Assembly: GCA_030265395.1 (NCBI GenBank)
Contig: JARFYF010000050.1
Location: 17,729,051 to 17,793,050 of the forward strand
Source: Rhina ancylostomus
Taxonomy: Eukaryota
DNA length: 64,000 bases
Reading direction: 5' to 3'
Of this stretch, positions 1 to 13,138 are shown one piece after another. Below the pieces are notes generated by a model. It worked only from the letters and a program-made list of their open reading frames with translations. It ran no database searches and had not been told where the DNA came from. How positions within the stretch are numbered: the first letter of the stretch is position 1; every line of letters starts with the position of its first letter. Position numbers and translations under genes: made by a program.

Positions 1-290
1 GTTGTCTGAAATGGAATGTTTCAGTTATGAGGAGAGACTGAATAGGTTGGGTGTGTTTTCCTTGGAGAAGAGGAGGCTGAAGGAAGACTTGATGGAGCCA
101 TCCAAAACCAGAGAGCATAACTTTAAAGTTAGAAGCAAGGGGATTAGAGGGGATCTAAGGATTTATTTTTCATCCAGTGGGTGGCTGCAATGTGGAACAC
201 ACTACCTGAGAGGGTGGTGAAGGCAGGTACTGTCATAACATTTAAAAAATATCTGAATGAGCACTTGAATCACCAAGGCAATGGGTGAAC
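1..290 (+). mobile_element. CR1-clade (HER1-like) LINE 3' fragment
   Basis: Translates SYEERLNRLGVFSLEKRRLKEDL, the CR1 ORF2 C-terminal motif; internally deleted. Confidence 0.85.
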
Positions 291-439
291 ATGGAACAGT
301 TGATAACGTACTGGCAGTACTAGAAAACCAAGGCCAATTACATTGATTAGAGAAATTCAGTGAAGTTGTGAATTCATTGCTTTCTAAGAATTTGGATATA
401 AACCAATAACATTCACCCTTTTTTCCTTTTCTTTTCCCT

Positions 440-1150
440 GACGAGTGTTGAGGAACAGAGGGACCTGTACAAGTGCACCGTTTGCTGAAACTGGCTGGGC
501 AAGAAGACAGGGTGGTGAAGAAGGTGTATTTGCATGCTGGCCTTCTTCAGTCAGGGCAATGGCTTAGGAGTAGGGATATTATGTTGCAGTTATATAGGTT
601 GCTCGTCAGGCTGCACTTGGAGTATTGTGTACAATTTTGGTCACCCTGTTAGAGGAAAGACATTGTCAAGTTGGAGAGGGTGCAGAAGAGACTAACAAAA
701 ACGCTACCTAGAGTAGAGGCCCTGAGGTACAGGGAGAGGTTGGCCACACTGGATCTTTATTCCTTCGAGTGTAGGAGAATGAGGGCTGACCTCAGAGAAG
801 TTTATAAAATCATGAGGGGTATGGATAAGGAGGACAGTCATAGTCTTTGGCCCAGGGTTGGGGAGTACAAAACTAGAGGGCACAGGTACAAGGCAAGAGG
901 GGAGAGATTTAAGAGAAACCTGAGAGGTAACTTCTTTTTGTCGTGAGTACCTGGAATCAGCTGCCAGAGGAAGTGGTCGAGGCAGATACAATTGTAACAT
1001 TTAAGAAGCAATTGGATAGGTACATGCAGGGGAGGGGCTTGGAGGATGATGGGCCAAATGTGGGCTACTGGGACCAGCAAGGAGGATGCTGTGGTCAATA
1101 TGGACCAGTTGGGCCAAAGGGTCTGTTTCCATGCTCTATTACTCTATGAA
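440..1150 (+). mobile_element. CR1-clade LINE 3' fragment
   Basis: LEYCVQFWSP...LERVQKR...YRERL..LDLYS...TRGH motifs; 3' tail gggccaaagggtctgtttccatgctctattactctatga. Confidence 0.9.
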
Positions 1151-4100
1151 CTTTGACTCTACCCTCTATGTTTGCAGTTGCTGTCACAGTATTTTCTATT
1201 CCCTTCAAACTCTCACAATTCCTCCAAAGCCACACAGCTGGTGAGTAGTCCCATGCGCTAGCTACCTAATTAGAAAGTTAAGCTCCCCCGCTTTCTGTAA
1301 CTTCAGTATTTGTCTATGATCAGAATGGCTAACGCTTACCTACTCTCCAGTGCACTTAGTCAACTTTGTCATGGCCATTGGATTGTTACATCGTGANNNN
1401 NNNNNNNNNNNNNNNNNNNNNNNNNNNNNNNNNNNNNNNNNNNNNNNNNNNNNNNNNNNNNNNNNNNNNNNNNNNNNNNNNNNNNNNNNNNNNNNNCATG
1501 GTGGAATACTATAGGATATTAGGACCATCATCCTTAGGAATCTGTGGCATTCTTGAGAAATGTGTTAGACAATAGAAACCCAGCAGTCGTGTCAAACACA
1601 GAGGTCCAGCAGATTAATTATGGAAATTTGGTGGTGTCAGTACAGAGCCAATGACTCCACACCACCATCTAAAAAAGGGCCTGTTGTCCACAAGATTCTT
1701 GGTGCTTAAGGAGTTCTAGAATGGAGAAGCCAGTTTTGGATGAAAGGTGAGAAGAATATATAATTTCATAAAACTTCTTTGAAATGCCAGGCTAGAGTCA
1801 GCTCCCTTTGAATATTTAGTATTGGTAATAGATTTGACACATCTTCTCAGTATAATGTGGCTGGAGCAAGATGAGACGGGATGCAGAACATTCTAATTAC
1901 AGTGAGGGTCGTAGCAGAATCCAAAAAGAGAAAGTAGAAGAAGGTGAGTGCACAGTGAGGGTCCAGGAAGTGAAGCTGGAGAAGAACGGCATAGCAGCTG
2001 GAGAGTCAGCGTTCATCACACAAGACAGGCACAGAAGGTCTGCAATGTTTTTGGCTGAAGAAGAGTCCTCGTTTCTTCAAAAAGTGACCCAAGTGTTCTT
2101 GTGGACTCAGTAGTTTGTGCCTATTGGGTTCTGTTTAATCTACGTTGCATAGAAGTTAAATGTTAACTGTTTGGTGCTGATGTTTGGAAATGTGCTCAAT
2201 ACAATGTGCAAGAGTTGAAGAGAGTCTTTTGCAAGCCTTCAGTTCAATGAATATGTTTTCATGCATGATATATCTGTGACTATAAATATGTTGAGTGTGT
2301 ACATTGACATGCTCTGTGAGGAATTTTGTGGTATATCATTTATTAGTGTTTGATTGTGTTACAGTTACCTTAAAAAAACACGTTGAGTGGCTAACTATTG
2401 CTACATTACATAGACTCTCTCAGATTTATTGTGCTTACTTGAAACTCCATGTCTCAGTGAGTAAAAGAGTGACAATGATAGTCCACTCCAGAGGCCAGTA
2501 CCGAGAAACCTGCATAACTCTGTACTGATGTGTCAAGAAGGATTTAATAGTGCATTAGTCCACATTTATTTACTTTGCATTGATCTGTTCTTCCTGTTCA
2601 GCTAAATTCACTTGGCTCTGCTTTCCGTAAACCCACAGCATTGAAAACATGAGGAGCCACATTTCCATGCATAGAATTAGATTGGATTATGGGCCTTAGT
2701 AACTGCATTACATTAGGCTACTGCTATCACAATACAAGCCTTGTTTCATGCAGAGCAGTAGTGGATCCAGTAAATTGAGAAATAATTTACAGGTTGTTGA
2801 AAAATGAGTCTCCCATTGATACTAGGGGAAAAAAGGTTGCATTAGTTGCATATTCCAAACATGAAAGTGCCTCTTGTTTAGATCATTTATGAAAAACACA
2901 TATAATTTTGTGCTAAATTTGTGTAGTCTGTGCCTGATAGTCTGATTTTAAACTCCATCATACCACTTGTTTATTATAATCACTGCAATTCTCTGAGGAG
3001 CCTGGTTCTCTACTGATCTTAAATGGGCTATTAAAGATTATTAAATTGATGTTTTTAATGATAATTAGTCCTCATATAATTGCCTATGTTCCTGCCCACC
3101 ATCCACTCCAATCTAACAATTTCACATCACGCTTTTCAAATGCAAAACCCTTTTTGTATCCAAATCATACTACATTTGTCATAAACACTTAGAGGAGCTA
3201 TTTAACCACTGTTAGAGATTGACCCCAACTATGTTGTTAATGGACTTCAATTTCATCTACAGTATAATTCAAAAGATATATACATCACTGTACAAAATGG
3301 ACAGCATGGCTCAATATAGTACTGCAACTATAGGAATGAGGTGAGCTGTGGAGGGAAGCACTGCATTTCTGATATTGCCAGGTCTATTGCCAGATATATA
3401 GAATTTATCTGATTCAATGTCTTAGTAATGTGTGCAATTTGGAAAGGTGATCAATTGAATGTGAATCCACATAAAACTCAATTTTTTTTGAGGTAAAATA
3501 AAATAAATTAAGTATTCCAAGATGTATATCTAAAATGTAGAATTAGATCAAATTCTTATTAGATTAGCAAAATAGTAGACCCAGTGTTTCAAAATTAGTT
3601 TCTCAATTAGACCTCACTACAGTCTGGTTTTGGACTATAAACCAACATATAAACCAAGTATAGAGAATTGCTCAACTAGACTATAATGCTTCATTTAATT
3701 CAAACTTTATTCTGCTGGACACCAGGCCATCTCTGCTGATTGAAGAAGGTCCATTTCAGTGGAAATCACATGAAAGAAAAAAAAGATAAAACTAACAAAA
3801 CTAAACCACCTATTGCAGTTGATGTATCACTATTCCAGTACCGCCAACACTGGCAGCAACTGGGAAAATCACTTCTTCATGTAGATAAAGATGATATTGT
3901 AGTATCACTTCATTTATCTTGTGCACAAAAGCTGTGTCCAGCCAATGGTCAGTCTGACTGCAATGACAAAATCTGCATGACAAATGTACCACTAAAAGTA
4001 ATATGTCCTGGTGCAAGATGAAATGCTTCTTTAATAATCTAGCTTTCAATGCTGAGCATGTCGTGTAGGGAATCTGTTTTCAAGTGAATTGGACACAGTG

Positions 4101-4532
4101 GCATTATTAGAAAACTAATTACATTAGGAATCAAATGTTTTTATTTAGTATTCTATTTCAAATATATTCAAATCTGCTTAGCTATCAAGTGGATAATTAA
4201 ACAAGTCATGGTAAGACATTTTGCAAATTTGACAATTTTCTTTGCATTTTGGAGGAATTCTGACAACCCTGAAAATACTGATGTGGTAATTCAGTACTTA
4301 AAATTCAACTCTGTATTTCTCATTCTGTTTCACTTGCAGTTACTGGAAACCTTGTTGGAGGTTGTGAATCATAGACATCAGTTGTAAAACTTGTGATTTC
4401 CATGGGGTTAATGCCTTTTTGACTCCAAGTAATGATATACACAGAATATTGGTGTCTTGAAAGACAACACAGGTAAATTCCATAATTTTCAACCCTTCCC
4501 ATTTCTCATTTCCCCCCACTTTGTCCCAACAG

Positions 4533-4666
4533 AGCTATTACAATGGAGAACACGCTTGTCATCCTGTCGACAGTCGCTCCTGACACAGGAAGGTACTACG
4601 TACAAGCAGTAAATGACAGAAATGGAGAAAACAAAACCAGCCAGCCCATTACCTTGACTGTAGAAA
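4533..4666 (+). CDS. sdk2: Sidekick-2 exon, C-terminal half of Ig2 (approx. human exon 5)
   Basis: Pyrimidine tract + cag| acceptor and |gtaagt donor; 134 nt, phase 2->1; encodes [44 protein letters not shown], near-identical to recalled vertebrate SDK2 ([44 protein letters not shown]). Not in the ORF track. Confidence 0.96.
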
Positions 4667-7554
4667 GTAAGTGCTCTAGACAGATTAAATTATGTATGAT
4701 AAGCTTTTATTAATAAGGTAAACAATGAATGACAAGTAATTGAAAGACAGGCAAACACCTGCACTAAATAAATTTTAAAATCATATTATGCTAGGCAGAA
4801 GCTATATCAAGGATTATGAAATTGCACATTATACCATCTGTTGTAATCATTTACCTTTTAATCAATAAAATCTTAAGATCATTTGCTGTGTTTTAAAAAA
4901 TGCTAAATGCAATATTTTACAACTAAACCAAGAGTATGAAATCAGACTGTTATTATCAGGAGAAGTCCATGGTTACTGCCAAATGGATGTGCTTACCTGC
5001 ACTATGTAAGCAAGATAGTAATTCTCAAGTAGTGATTTAAATAATGAATTCCACTCATGGATTAATACAAGTATTTAATAACTTCAGGGTTTGTATTTTA
5101 GCAATGCAGGTGTACACTAAGTCAACAAAATTGCCTCCTTGATCTCTTAATTATTTGTATAAATTATATTTGCATTCAATAACAAACTTATTTTTAGTCT
5201 CATGCTGGCTGGGTCAGAGGATTGATGATTTAAATGAAATTTCTGTTTGCCCCAAACAATAAGTGTTCCTCCTCTGCTTCAACAAATGTATCATACAGCC
5301 TCCAATTTAACAGAGTCCTCCTACTAATGGTGGTTTTACTATAAATCAATAACTGGTGTACTGAGGTACTTCAGAATCCCAAGCTATGTAAATCAAAGTG
5401 CTCAGCTCACATCAGTAAGCTACAAGTGAGAAGTAGTTTAGCAGTGGCCCAACAATCATGGATGACAAGTAATCATTTCCTCCTTTGTCAAGAGCTTAAC
5501 TCCAGAGATGGGATACTAAGTAATTATTAAAGGCTGTAATTGAGACATGGAGTATATATCATCTTCTATGCAACAGTTTAACTTATTCTTCTCTTCAAAC
5601 TTAAATCTTTTTACAAATTGCGTCACAATGTTGAGCAAACTCAGAGAACCCAAATGCAGCACACCGATACAAGACTGAGTCAGTAGACTTCCTCAGGACA
5701 AACACAGGCAGCAACTGGAAGGAATCTTGCCTCGGAGATCAGAAGAGGAATCCCAACACAAACNNNNNNNNNNNNNNNNNNNNNNNNNNNNNNNNNNNNN
5801 NNNNNNNNNNNNNNNNNNNNNNNNNNNNNNNNNNNNNNNNNNNNNNNNNNNNNNNNNNNNNNNCTGCAGATTTAACTTCTTTAATTGACCACAAGTTCTG
5901 TTTATTCTTTCTATGATGAGGCTGTAACTGTGTTTTCCAGATTTATGATCCAGAATTAAGGTCCATCCCTATTAGGAATTCCGGCAGGAGAGGTATCAGT
6001 GTAACACTTGAGCAAACGGAAAATTAGTGTGAAGGAGTATGTACATTCTGAACAGCATTACTTAGTTTGCCACCTTCACACATTATTCTTTTTTCTTTGA
6101 TTACTTCATTTCATATTTACTTGAACTCAATTCCAACGTTATTTCATCCTCATTTTCTTTTAAACGTTTTTCGTCACAAAACTGTGAGGTTCTTGTACGA
6201 GTGGGAAACCAAGAAGGTAGGGAAAACTGTAGAGGATGGAGAAGTCATCGCTTCAACCCCTCTCTCACACTGGGACAGATGTGATTATAGCTTGTTCTGC
6301 AGTTGTCAGCTGAAACACCTGATTTATTCTGGAGGCTCAAGATATCATAATGACATTCTCTCAAGGTGAGTAGATACCAACTTGCAATTGCCCATTAATG
6401 GAGGATAGAGTCATATTCTTTAAAATTGAGTAGTTAAAAAGATAAATACATTCCACAGTTGATTCTTTTACATATTTGTTTCTTTTCTTGACATCTATAA
6501 TGAAATTGTCTTCAGAATTAATGATTTTCCTTTCGAAAGAAATCCTTTGGAAATGAAAATAATAGTGATCTAGGTAGTAATCAATACTGACATGTTATTA
6601 GTGTAGTGTTCCTATTACCATTGAATTTCAAGTTGATTGAAGATATGCAGTTTTATTTTGGCTTCTTAACTAGCTAGGTTGGCTGTAGTTCAGTAGCTGT
6701 GACATTCACTTTAGCCCTTGGCTGACTAATCTCTTAGCGCAAAAGGAAGTGAAGAATTCATGTCTTTTCTTTGGACCTCATACTCATCACTAAGTTATGA
6801 ATTTTAAAGAGCTCTGAGCAAGTCTCCAGGTTTCAGATGATCCTGTCAGTTTCCTGCAGAATTTAATTTGCAGTAACTCTCCACAGACTGACATAACAAT
6901 ATGGTATTTAAGAGTTGTTCAGACAAATTTCCAACAGCCAAAGTTTATCCCATCCAAAGACATTCATTTGCTCCTTGTTGCTAAGTATAATGCACAGAAG
7001 TGCCAGCCATGGGTGTTCCTTGCAAACCGGGCAAAGTTTTTATGAAGCCTTGAGTAAGTCGGTCTAGAAAATTAGCCCACATTGTCAGTGTTCTCAAATT
7101 GCAAGTAACTTAGAAGCAGCCTTGAGTAAATAATTTGGAAGCAGGTAGTTGTCTTGAAAGTGCAGCACTTCAAAGTGCTGCTCCTTCCACTCCACAACAA
7201 CTCTTCCCAGCCATGCTACTGGCTTGTCCATCTTCATCATTGTTGATGCTGACTTCTGCTTTCCTCCCCAAATTCTCCTGGCCTTTTGCTCTTTCTTCTG
7301 CAGCAACCATTTCTGGCATCTTTCTCCCACAACAAAAGAAACAAGAGTAAATCAAATGGATCCTCAATGCTGCTCTGCCATTTTTAATTCCCACCTTTCT
7401 CCCCCAACCCAACCCATTTATTCCTTGATTCCATTCGAGTTGAAAAATCTGCTGACCATAGCTTTGAATACACTCACCATCTTGAACTATCTGAGGTAGA
7501 GAACTTCAAGTGATGTTGCTTCAAATCTCACCTGCAGATCATTTAGGTCCATTG

Positions 7555-7760
7555 TTTCCTCTGAATCAGATGGTTCTGGGTTCAAGCCACATTCCCAAGA
7601 TTCTCTCACCATTTCTACTGTGAATCAATGAGTGTTGCCATTTCAGGTGCCATATTTGAGAACAGACATGAGACCCCTTCTGATCTCTTGGGTTGATTAA
7701 AATGTCTCTATGGCTCTTCTCCAAAAAATTAGCTCTCCTGTGCCCTGTCCAGATCCCAGA
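7555..7760 (+). mobile_element. Old Deu-domain SINE (SacSINE1-like) remnant
   Basis: cctctgaatcagatggttctgggttcaagcc (tRNA B-box-like head), then caggtgccatattt...gggttgattaaaa...ctcctgtgccctgtcca, resembling the recalled Deu core; diverged. Confidence 0.55.
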
Positions 7761-7879
7761 GGTCATGGCTGCTCCACTGTCATGTGTATCCAAGGCTGAG
7801 ACTGATGATTCTCCTGAATTCCAATTATTCAATTGATCTGGGGATCTGACTGGAAGGTGCAGTTTAGGTGCAGACGTGC

Positions 7880-8212
7880 AGTGATTAACTTACTGGACAG
7901 GTATCCAAAGGTCTGGAGGTTTGATCTGGAGACCAGCATTTAAATTCAATTAATGAATTAAAACTGGTATTGTTAATTCTGCTGGATTGTTGCAAACACT
8001 CATCTAGTTCACTAATGTCCTTTAAGTGAAGAGATCTGTCACCCTTCCTTGGTCTGGCTTTTATGGGTCTTCTGATCCATCCTAATAATGTCAGCTCTTA
8101 ACTCCACTCTTCAATGTTCCAGTGGCCCTTTGGATTCAGGGCAATTAAGGATGGGTAACAGATATTGGTTTTGCCAGTGATGCCCACATTCCATGAACAG
8201 ATAAATAAAGCA
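7880..8212 (+). mobile_element. Cartilaginous-fish-type SINE with LINE-derived tail
   Basis: ggattgttgcaaacactcatctagttcactaatgtcctttaag core and tail gggcaattaaggatgggtaacagatattggttttgccagtgatgcccacattccatgaacagataaataaa. Confidence 0.65.
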
Positions 8213-8354
8213 AAAGAGAGGAGATTCGCCTTGATCCTATTTTACAGATTGAGGGGTTGTGTGTCCTACATTTTATCCTGGTTTTTGTAATCTTGAAAAT
8301 TCCATGTCACTGTCCAATTAATGCTTCAGCTGTGTTATACTTGTACATCAGTCG

Positions 8355-8672
8355 TGTGTTTTAGAATAAGGGGTCACCCATTTCAGATGAAAATGAGAAG
8401 GAATTATTTTTCTCAGAGCATCATTAACCTCTGGAATTCTCTGTCCCAGTGGTGGAGTCATTGGGTATATTCAAGGCAGAGAATGACAGACTTTTAATCA
8501 AGAAGGCATTCGGGGGGTTTGGAAAAAAGGAAGTGTGGTCTTGATGCCAAAATTGGATCAGTCATGACCTTATTAAATGATGGTGCAGGCTTGAGGGCAT
8601 GACTGATCCAATTTTGGCATCAAGACCATATTTCGCTTTCCCCAATTCCCCTGTTTCTTATGTTGTTATTTT
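8355..8672 (+). mobile_element. Old CR1 3' end containing an inverted duplication
   Basis: ttagaataaggggtcacccatt...ctctggaattctct...atattcaaggcagag, typical of CR1 3' ends. Confidence 0.75.
8536..8628. repeat. Perfect 31-bp inverted repeat with 31-nt spacer
   Basis: tggtcttgatgccaaaattggatcagtcatg (8536-8566) is the exact reverse complement of 8598-8628. Confidence 0.97.
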
Positions 8673-9749
8673 ATAATGTACCATTTCCAACAATGAACAA
8701 GTAACAATAATTTATTGATGATAAATATGAAGAGCTGTAAGTAGTTTCTAAGCTATGTTTTAGGATGTTGTTCTATGGACTTTACATTGTGGGAACTAGA
8801 GTACGTTTTAGTTTAGGCCTAGCCTTTTGTAATGTTAATTAGTAACCCCATGACAAGGGATCCTTGTGGGGAAAAATAAGCACGTTATAATGGCATTTTG
8901 TTTTTTAGAGGGACACAGTTTAATCAGGAATATGGTCTTGAATTGAAGTAAAGTCAATCATTATGTAGGAGGTGTGAGTCAGCCAAAATGGATTGGGAAT
9001 TAAACTTTTAGGCTTGCCTGGAGACAAACAAAGGTAAATATTTAAAGAAATATTTAATTATTCTGAACAAATGTACATTCCATTGGGAAAGAGAAATTCC
9101 ACTGCCAGGTGATCAATTTAAAGTTTACTGAAAAAGTTATGGAGAGCATCAGATTAAAAAAAGTTTGTATTGTATTGTTATCAAGAAAAGTCTTTACCCT
9201 GAGGATCACACTTTAGGAATCAGAAACTTGTATAATCTTTCTCATTTGTTTTCGAGTAACAAGCAGAAACTTATTAAAAATGCTTACATGAAATTAAATG
9301 TTGGACTTTTGGGGGCAGAGGCAGAAGAAATTATAATGGGGATTTAAAAAATATCTGAGACATTAAATAAGTATTTTGTATCTTCACTGTAGAATACAAT
9401 AGAAATAGCAGGGAACCAATGAGAAATTTAATTAACTTCAGTACAGAGAAAATAATAGTAAACTAAAGGGAACTGAAAACAGAAAAATTCTAATTTCTGA
9501 CAGCCTGTGTCCAGAAGAGGTGGCTACAGAGATTGTGAGTGTTATCAGTAATGGTCTTCCTGTATGACTGGACAGATTTCAAAGTATGAAACATAACCTG
9601 ACTATTAATACCAACCTTTAACTGGCAGTTCTGCATTACACCACCAGCAAACTTCCACATGCAATTCAGATCTCATCTGACCTGCTCCAGCCCAGAAACA
9701 AAGTGTATTCTTACAGAGACCTACTTAGCATCTGGACCCTTGGGCGGGG

Positions 9750-9885
9750 GAAAAAAACAGTGGATGCTGAAACCTGAAATTAGAAAATATTGGAAAGCAT
9801 TCTGCAGGTCAGCCAGCATCTGTGAAGAGAAAAACTCTTTGTTTGGTATCTCTAAGGTTTCAGCTCAATGGTCTTTCTCTAGAGC
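9750..9885 (-). mobile_element. Penelope-like terminal repeat remnant
   Basis: gatgctgaaacctgaaat...gcaggtcagccagcatctgtgaagaga; reverse complement resembles 60830-60870 and 63940-63990. Confidence 0.6.
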
Positions 9886-10539
9886 AGTTCCCTGGGAGGA
9901 GACATGAGGGGATGGGTAACTAAACAGGATGTCTTATACAACTAAATCAGACAGTTACAGAACAAGAAATGACGACATGGTGAATGTTGCAGACAAGATA
10001 CAAGAAGGGAAGTAAGTTCTTTCTATTTGTCAAAGATAATTCATGTTGACTTCATATCAGCAATAACAATAAAAATGAATAAACTGGAGCACCAGGAGGA
10101 AGAGTTTTGACATTTATGCAATGTCAGACTACTTGGCCAAAAAACCTGAAGAACTTTAACTACAGATTACACTGCAACCTATATTCCATAATCTTTTGTG
10201 ACAGTTTTAAAGACTAAAAGCAGGCTGCATCTCCAAAACTGGCCACATCTTGACAGAGAAATACACACCATTGGGAGGTTGCACTGGTTGCACTTTACAG
10301 GTCTTCAAGAATGCTGCAAAATTTTCATTGGGTCTTTTGAGTGCAAGGACAATAATAGCTATCATACTCCAGTTTAAATAGAAAATGCTTTTGCACATAT
10401 TTAATCATTTTCAGTCATTTAAAATACCATTACTTGCTGGCTTGGATTGATTAAAAACCAGCTGAGTTCCTCAAGACCACCTAATTCTATTTCCATTTCC
10501 ACAATGTCTTCTCTGTTCATGTTCCATCTGCACCTTTGC

Positions 10540-11402
10540 TACCTCTGGACTTGACTATTCCAAAGTATTCCTGGCTGTCCTACTTTCCATAAACCTGAGG
10601 TCAGCCAAAACTCTCTGCTCGGTTTCTGTTCACCCATTTTCCCCATACATACCAACCAATTGCTTTTAAGCAATGCCTCATTTTAACGTTGCCATTCTTG
10701 GAATTGGAATTAGTTTATTATCGTCACTTGTACTGAGGTACAGTGGAAAAACTTGTCTTGTATACTGTTCATACAGATGAATTCACTACACACTGCATTG
10801 AGGTCGTACAAGGTAAAACAACACAGAATGCAGGGTAAAGTGTCACAGCTACAGAGAAGGTGCAGTGCAGGTAGACAATAAGGTGCAAAGTCATAACGAG
10901 GTTGATTGTAAGGTCAAGACTCCATCTTATTGTACTTGGGAACTGTTCAATAGTCTTATAACAGCAGGATAGCTGTCCTTGAGCCTGGGGGTACATGCTT
11001 TCAGGCTTTTGTATCTTCTGCCTGATGGAAGAGGGGAGGAGAGAATGCCCCAAATGGATGGGATATTTGATTTTGCTTTCTCTGTAGTGTCTTCCAGCCC
11101 TATTTCCAAAGTACCTCTGTGGCTTAAGTTCTGCTCTCTTGAGCATCACTGAATTTAATTGCTACAGTTTTGGCACCCTTACCTTCAACTGTCAAGGTCC
11201 CATGCTCCAGAATTCTCCTACAATACATCTTCACAAGTTCATCTCTCTTTCTTTCAGTTTTTTTTAAATCTACCTCTTTGACCAAGGTTTTGCTCATTTA
11301 CATTAATATTTTACTTGGCACTAATGTGAGTTTGATAAAACTCCAGTGAACCGCCTTGGGTTTTTTTTGCTATACTTAATGCAGTAGATTAATGGAGGTT
11401 GT
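10540..11402 (+). mobile_element. Old L2-like LINE 3' end, interrupted by a Rex/Babar fragment
   Basis: ttgactattccaaa..cctggctg...ccaaaactct, then after the insert tacctctttgaccaaggttttg...ctccagtgaaccgccttggg; similar to 28590-29090. Confidence 0.6.
10699..11063 (-). mobile_element. Rex1/Babar LINE 3' end
   Basis: Minus strand LPSGRRYKSLKACTPRLKDS; tail repeats ggaattggaattagtttatt; 3' UTR shared with 38390-38505. Confidence 0.85.
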
Positions 11403-12131
11403 AGACACTGTTCATTTTTGTGATAAAAGCATTTTCGGTCATTAATTAAGCTACCTTAGTTATAGTTATCAAATACATTCTAAAACAATTTTTAGGAAAA
11501 AAATGACATTTTGGAAATGAATCCAGAAGTGCTGGTTCATGGCAGACCATGTTCAATGATATGGAAACTCAGGTGGAATAAACCCTGTTCTTTTGGACTG
11601 AGTATAATTCTGGGCATAATTTGCATCAGAATCACTAATTGTACATTATTTTTCTGCTTTTATTTCTGAATTCTAAAATATGGGGAAAAGATTTTTTTTC
11701 AGAAAAGCTGATATTCAAACTCAGATTCCTAAAATATACACCCAATTTCACATAGAGATTATCAGCATTCATGTATATGTGCTTTGAGTGAATTTCAGAA
11801 AACTGGAACTTCAAAAATGCCAAATTACTTTTGCAGTTTATTTTTAATAGAAATACATATTATATTTTTTAATATTTTTTTATTTATATTTTTAATTAAT
11901 CCAGAGCATTTTATATACAATTAACCCATCAGCTCCTGGAGTCAGTGGAGCTATTTTTAATTGCTTATATTATACCTGGTATAGATACCTCCAAGTCTTC
12001 CACTATTGGAGAATTTCTGCTACTGTTTTTATTTTTTTCCTGTGTAGTTTAATTGAGCGAGGTATAAATCTAGTCAGATTTATGAGAAAATTATCACCAA
12101 TATAAGATACTGTCAGTTGCATAAATGATTA

Positions 12132-13138
12132 TATTCATAGTCAGAGAATTGTACAGCATGGAAACAGGCTATTTGGCCCAACTCATCCATGCTGCCCAAT
12201 GGGCATTCTTCATATTGATGCCATTTCCCAGCACTTTGTCCATGGCCTTCCATGCCTCAGCAATTCAATTGCTCTTAGAGACATTTTTTAAATGCTGTCA
12301 GTGACCCAGCCTCAACCTCTGACAGTATATACTCTGACAGTATACTCTAGGAACTTGTCACTCTCAAGGTGAAGAAGGTACTTTCAGATCCCCTCCAAAT
12401 CTCTTCCCCTCACCCTAAATCTATGTCCTCTAGTATTATCTACTTCTAATAATGGGAAAAGTTTCCTGCACTTTATCTATAACCCTCTTAGCTTTATAGA
12501 CCTCAATCCTATCCTCTCTTAATCTCCTCTACTCAAGGAAAAACAGACCTAGCTTCTCCAATTTCTCCTCATAACTGAATTACTCCATTCCAAGCAACAT
12601 CCTGGTGAATCTCCTCTGCACCCTCTCGAGTGTGATCACATCCTTCCTATAGTGTGGTAACCAGAACTGCATGCAGTACTCCAGCTGAGGTCTGACCAAT
12701 GTTTTATGAAGTTGGAGCATAACCTCCCTAGTTCTGTATTCAATGCCCCAACCAATGAAGGACAGTATCCCACATGCCCTCCTAACCACATTATCAACTT
12801 ATGTTTCCACCTTCAAGGATCTGTGGATTTGAACTCCACGGTCCCTCTGTCCCTCAATACTCCCTGAAACACTATCATTCATAGTGTATGTCCGAGCCTC
12901 ATTTAGTACTCCCAAAATGCATCCCCTCACATTTGTCTGGATTGAACTCCATCAACTATTTTTTTAGACCATTTCATTGACACAATGATATCGCTCTGCA
13001 GCCTAAGATTATCTTCCACATTTCCAACAACTCTGCCAATCCTCGTGTTATTAGTGATTATGCCTCCCACATCCACATCCAAGTCCATAACATATGTTAC
13101 AATCAGTAAGAGTCCCAACACTGTCCGATGTGGGATCA
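12132..13138 (-). mobile_element. CR1-clade LINE 3' ~1 kb
   Basis: Minus strand LVRPQLEYCMQFWLPHYRKDVITLERVQRRFTRML; tail tacagcatggaaacaggc. Confidence 0.92.

Noticed and set aside
4530-4534. Second AG 2 nt after the first exon's acceptor (cagAG)
   Set aside because: Its use would frameshift; the first AG fits the expected phase.
5620-5763. Possible LTR edge next to a gap
   Set aside because: Only a TGTCAC-like start and composition support it; no partner LTR or PBS is visible.
7094-7412. Overlapping short ORFs as a nested antisense gene or retrocopy
   Set aside because: No recognisable domain or splice structure; I could not assign it.
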